Shown: positions 63,207 to 64,000 of the stretch, in pieces
Layout of the letters: every line of letters starts with the position of its first letter
Position numbering within the stretch: position 1 is the stretch's first letter
From: Neocallimastix sp. 'constans'
Taxonomy: Eukaryota
Reading direction: 5' to 3'
Assembly: GCA_050613775.1 (NCBI GenBank)
Contig: JBODTK010000130.1
Coordinates: forward strand, 310,001-374,000
Length of the DNA stretch: 64,000 nt
Translations under genes and position numbers: made by a program
The notes under the pieces: generated by a model
What the model was told of the DNA's origin: nothing
What the model saw: only the letters and a program-made list of their open reading frames with translations
Database searches by the model: none

Positions 63207-64000
63207 CTAACCCTAACCCCTTATAAGAATTTATTAAAATTTTAATAATAAAAGTTGATTATTAAAATTAATAATCTATAATGTTTATTATAATTTAATG
63301 AACGTTTTAATAATAAAGAATAATTTATAAAAAGTATTTACATGTTTTTATATTTTTCAATGATTTTGAATTATTCATTTTTATAAATAATAAAATAAAT
63401 AAAATAAATAATTGTTATAAATATTTATAAATAAAGTATTAAAATAAATAAGTTAATTATAATTTGTTTATAAAAGTTGAGTTATAAAATAAATAAAATA
63501 TTAATTATTTTAAATAAAAGTAATTTAAGTATTATTTAACTATTTAATTTTAATTTTGAAATGTTTATAAATTTGTATATTTATTATTTACAATTTATTA
63601 AATTTGTTTATTATTTTGTTTATTTGTAATTTTAGGATATTAATTATTAATTTATTTTAGTTTTAATTAAAATTGTTAATAATTAATTAAATTATTATTT
63701 TTTGATTTTCATTTATTTTTTTTAATTAATTTTCTTAAATTGATTTCAAGACTTCTAAAAGAATTAATTTTTGGATTAAGTTTAATAAAAATTGTTATTT
63801 GTTAATATTTTTAAGATTTATAATTTCGTTATTTATCAATAAAAATATGTAACAGATACATGGTAACATTATCCAATAATAGTTCTTTGATTACCTAATG
63901 TATCTATAAACAGTTAGCAATTCTAGCTAATCAAATTAAATCTTTTAATAATTTTAGTACATTAAATTTTATTATTTTATAGTTTATTTTATTAATTGTT

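Noticed and set aside
63207..63220. Telomere (CCCTAA)n
   Set aside because: Only about two units, internal; similar short TAGGGTTA motifs occur at ~50331 and ~54653.

Overview
Extremely AT-rich, homopolymer-rich eukaryotic DNA with GT-AG introns. Composition, codon usage and gene families are most consistent with an anaerobic gut fungus (Neocallimastigomycota); this is an inference. Host genes: the 3' end of an M13 metallopeptidase; a 4-exon LYS9-like saccharopine dehydrogenase with substitutions at normally invariant residues; a head-to-head pair of near-identical acidic, signal-peptide plus C-terminal-TM surface proteins; a 2-exon class C-like 7TM receptor with a solute-binding-protein-like ectodomain; a 4-exon four-TM protein; and a Cys-rich secreted-protein pseudogene. 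Mobile DNA: one intact, young Ty1/copia element (13830-20004; 339-bp LTRs differing at one base; single 1761-aa ORF), two decayed LINEs, and a 21-kb nest (42351-63210) of copia remnants, Mutator-like elements and MITEs with 9-bp TSDs, gypsy fragments and ankyrin-gene relics. The standout observation is in the intact copia. It has no TGG-type PBS. The 14 nt abutting its 5' LTR are the exact complement of a tRNA-Lys(CUU)-type anticodon arm, in the same register as the half-tRNA-iMet PBS of copia/Ty5. This PBS can be sequestered by an element-encoded anticodon mimic, and both LTRs end in TA rather than CA.
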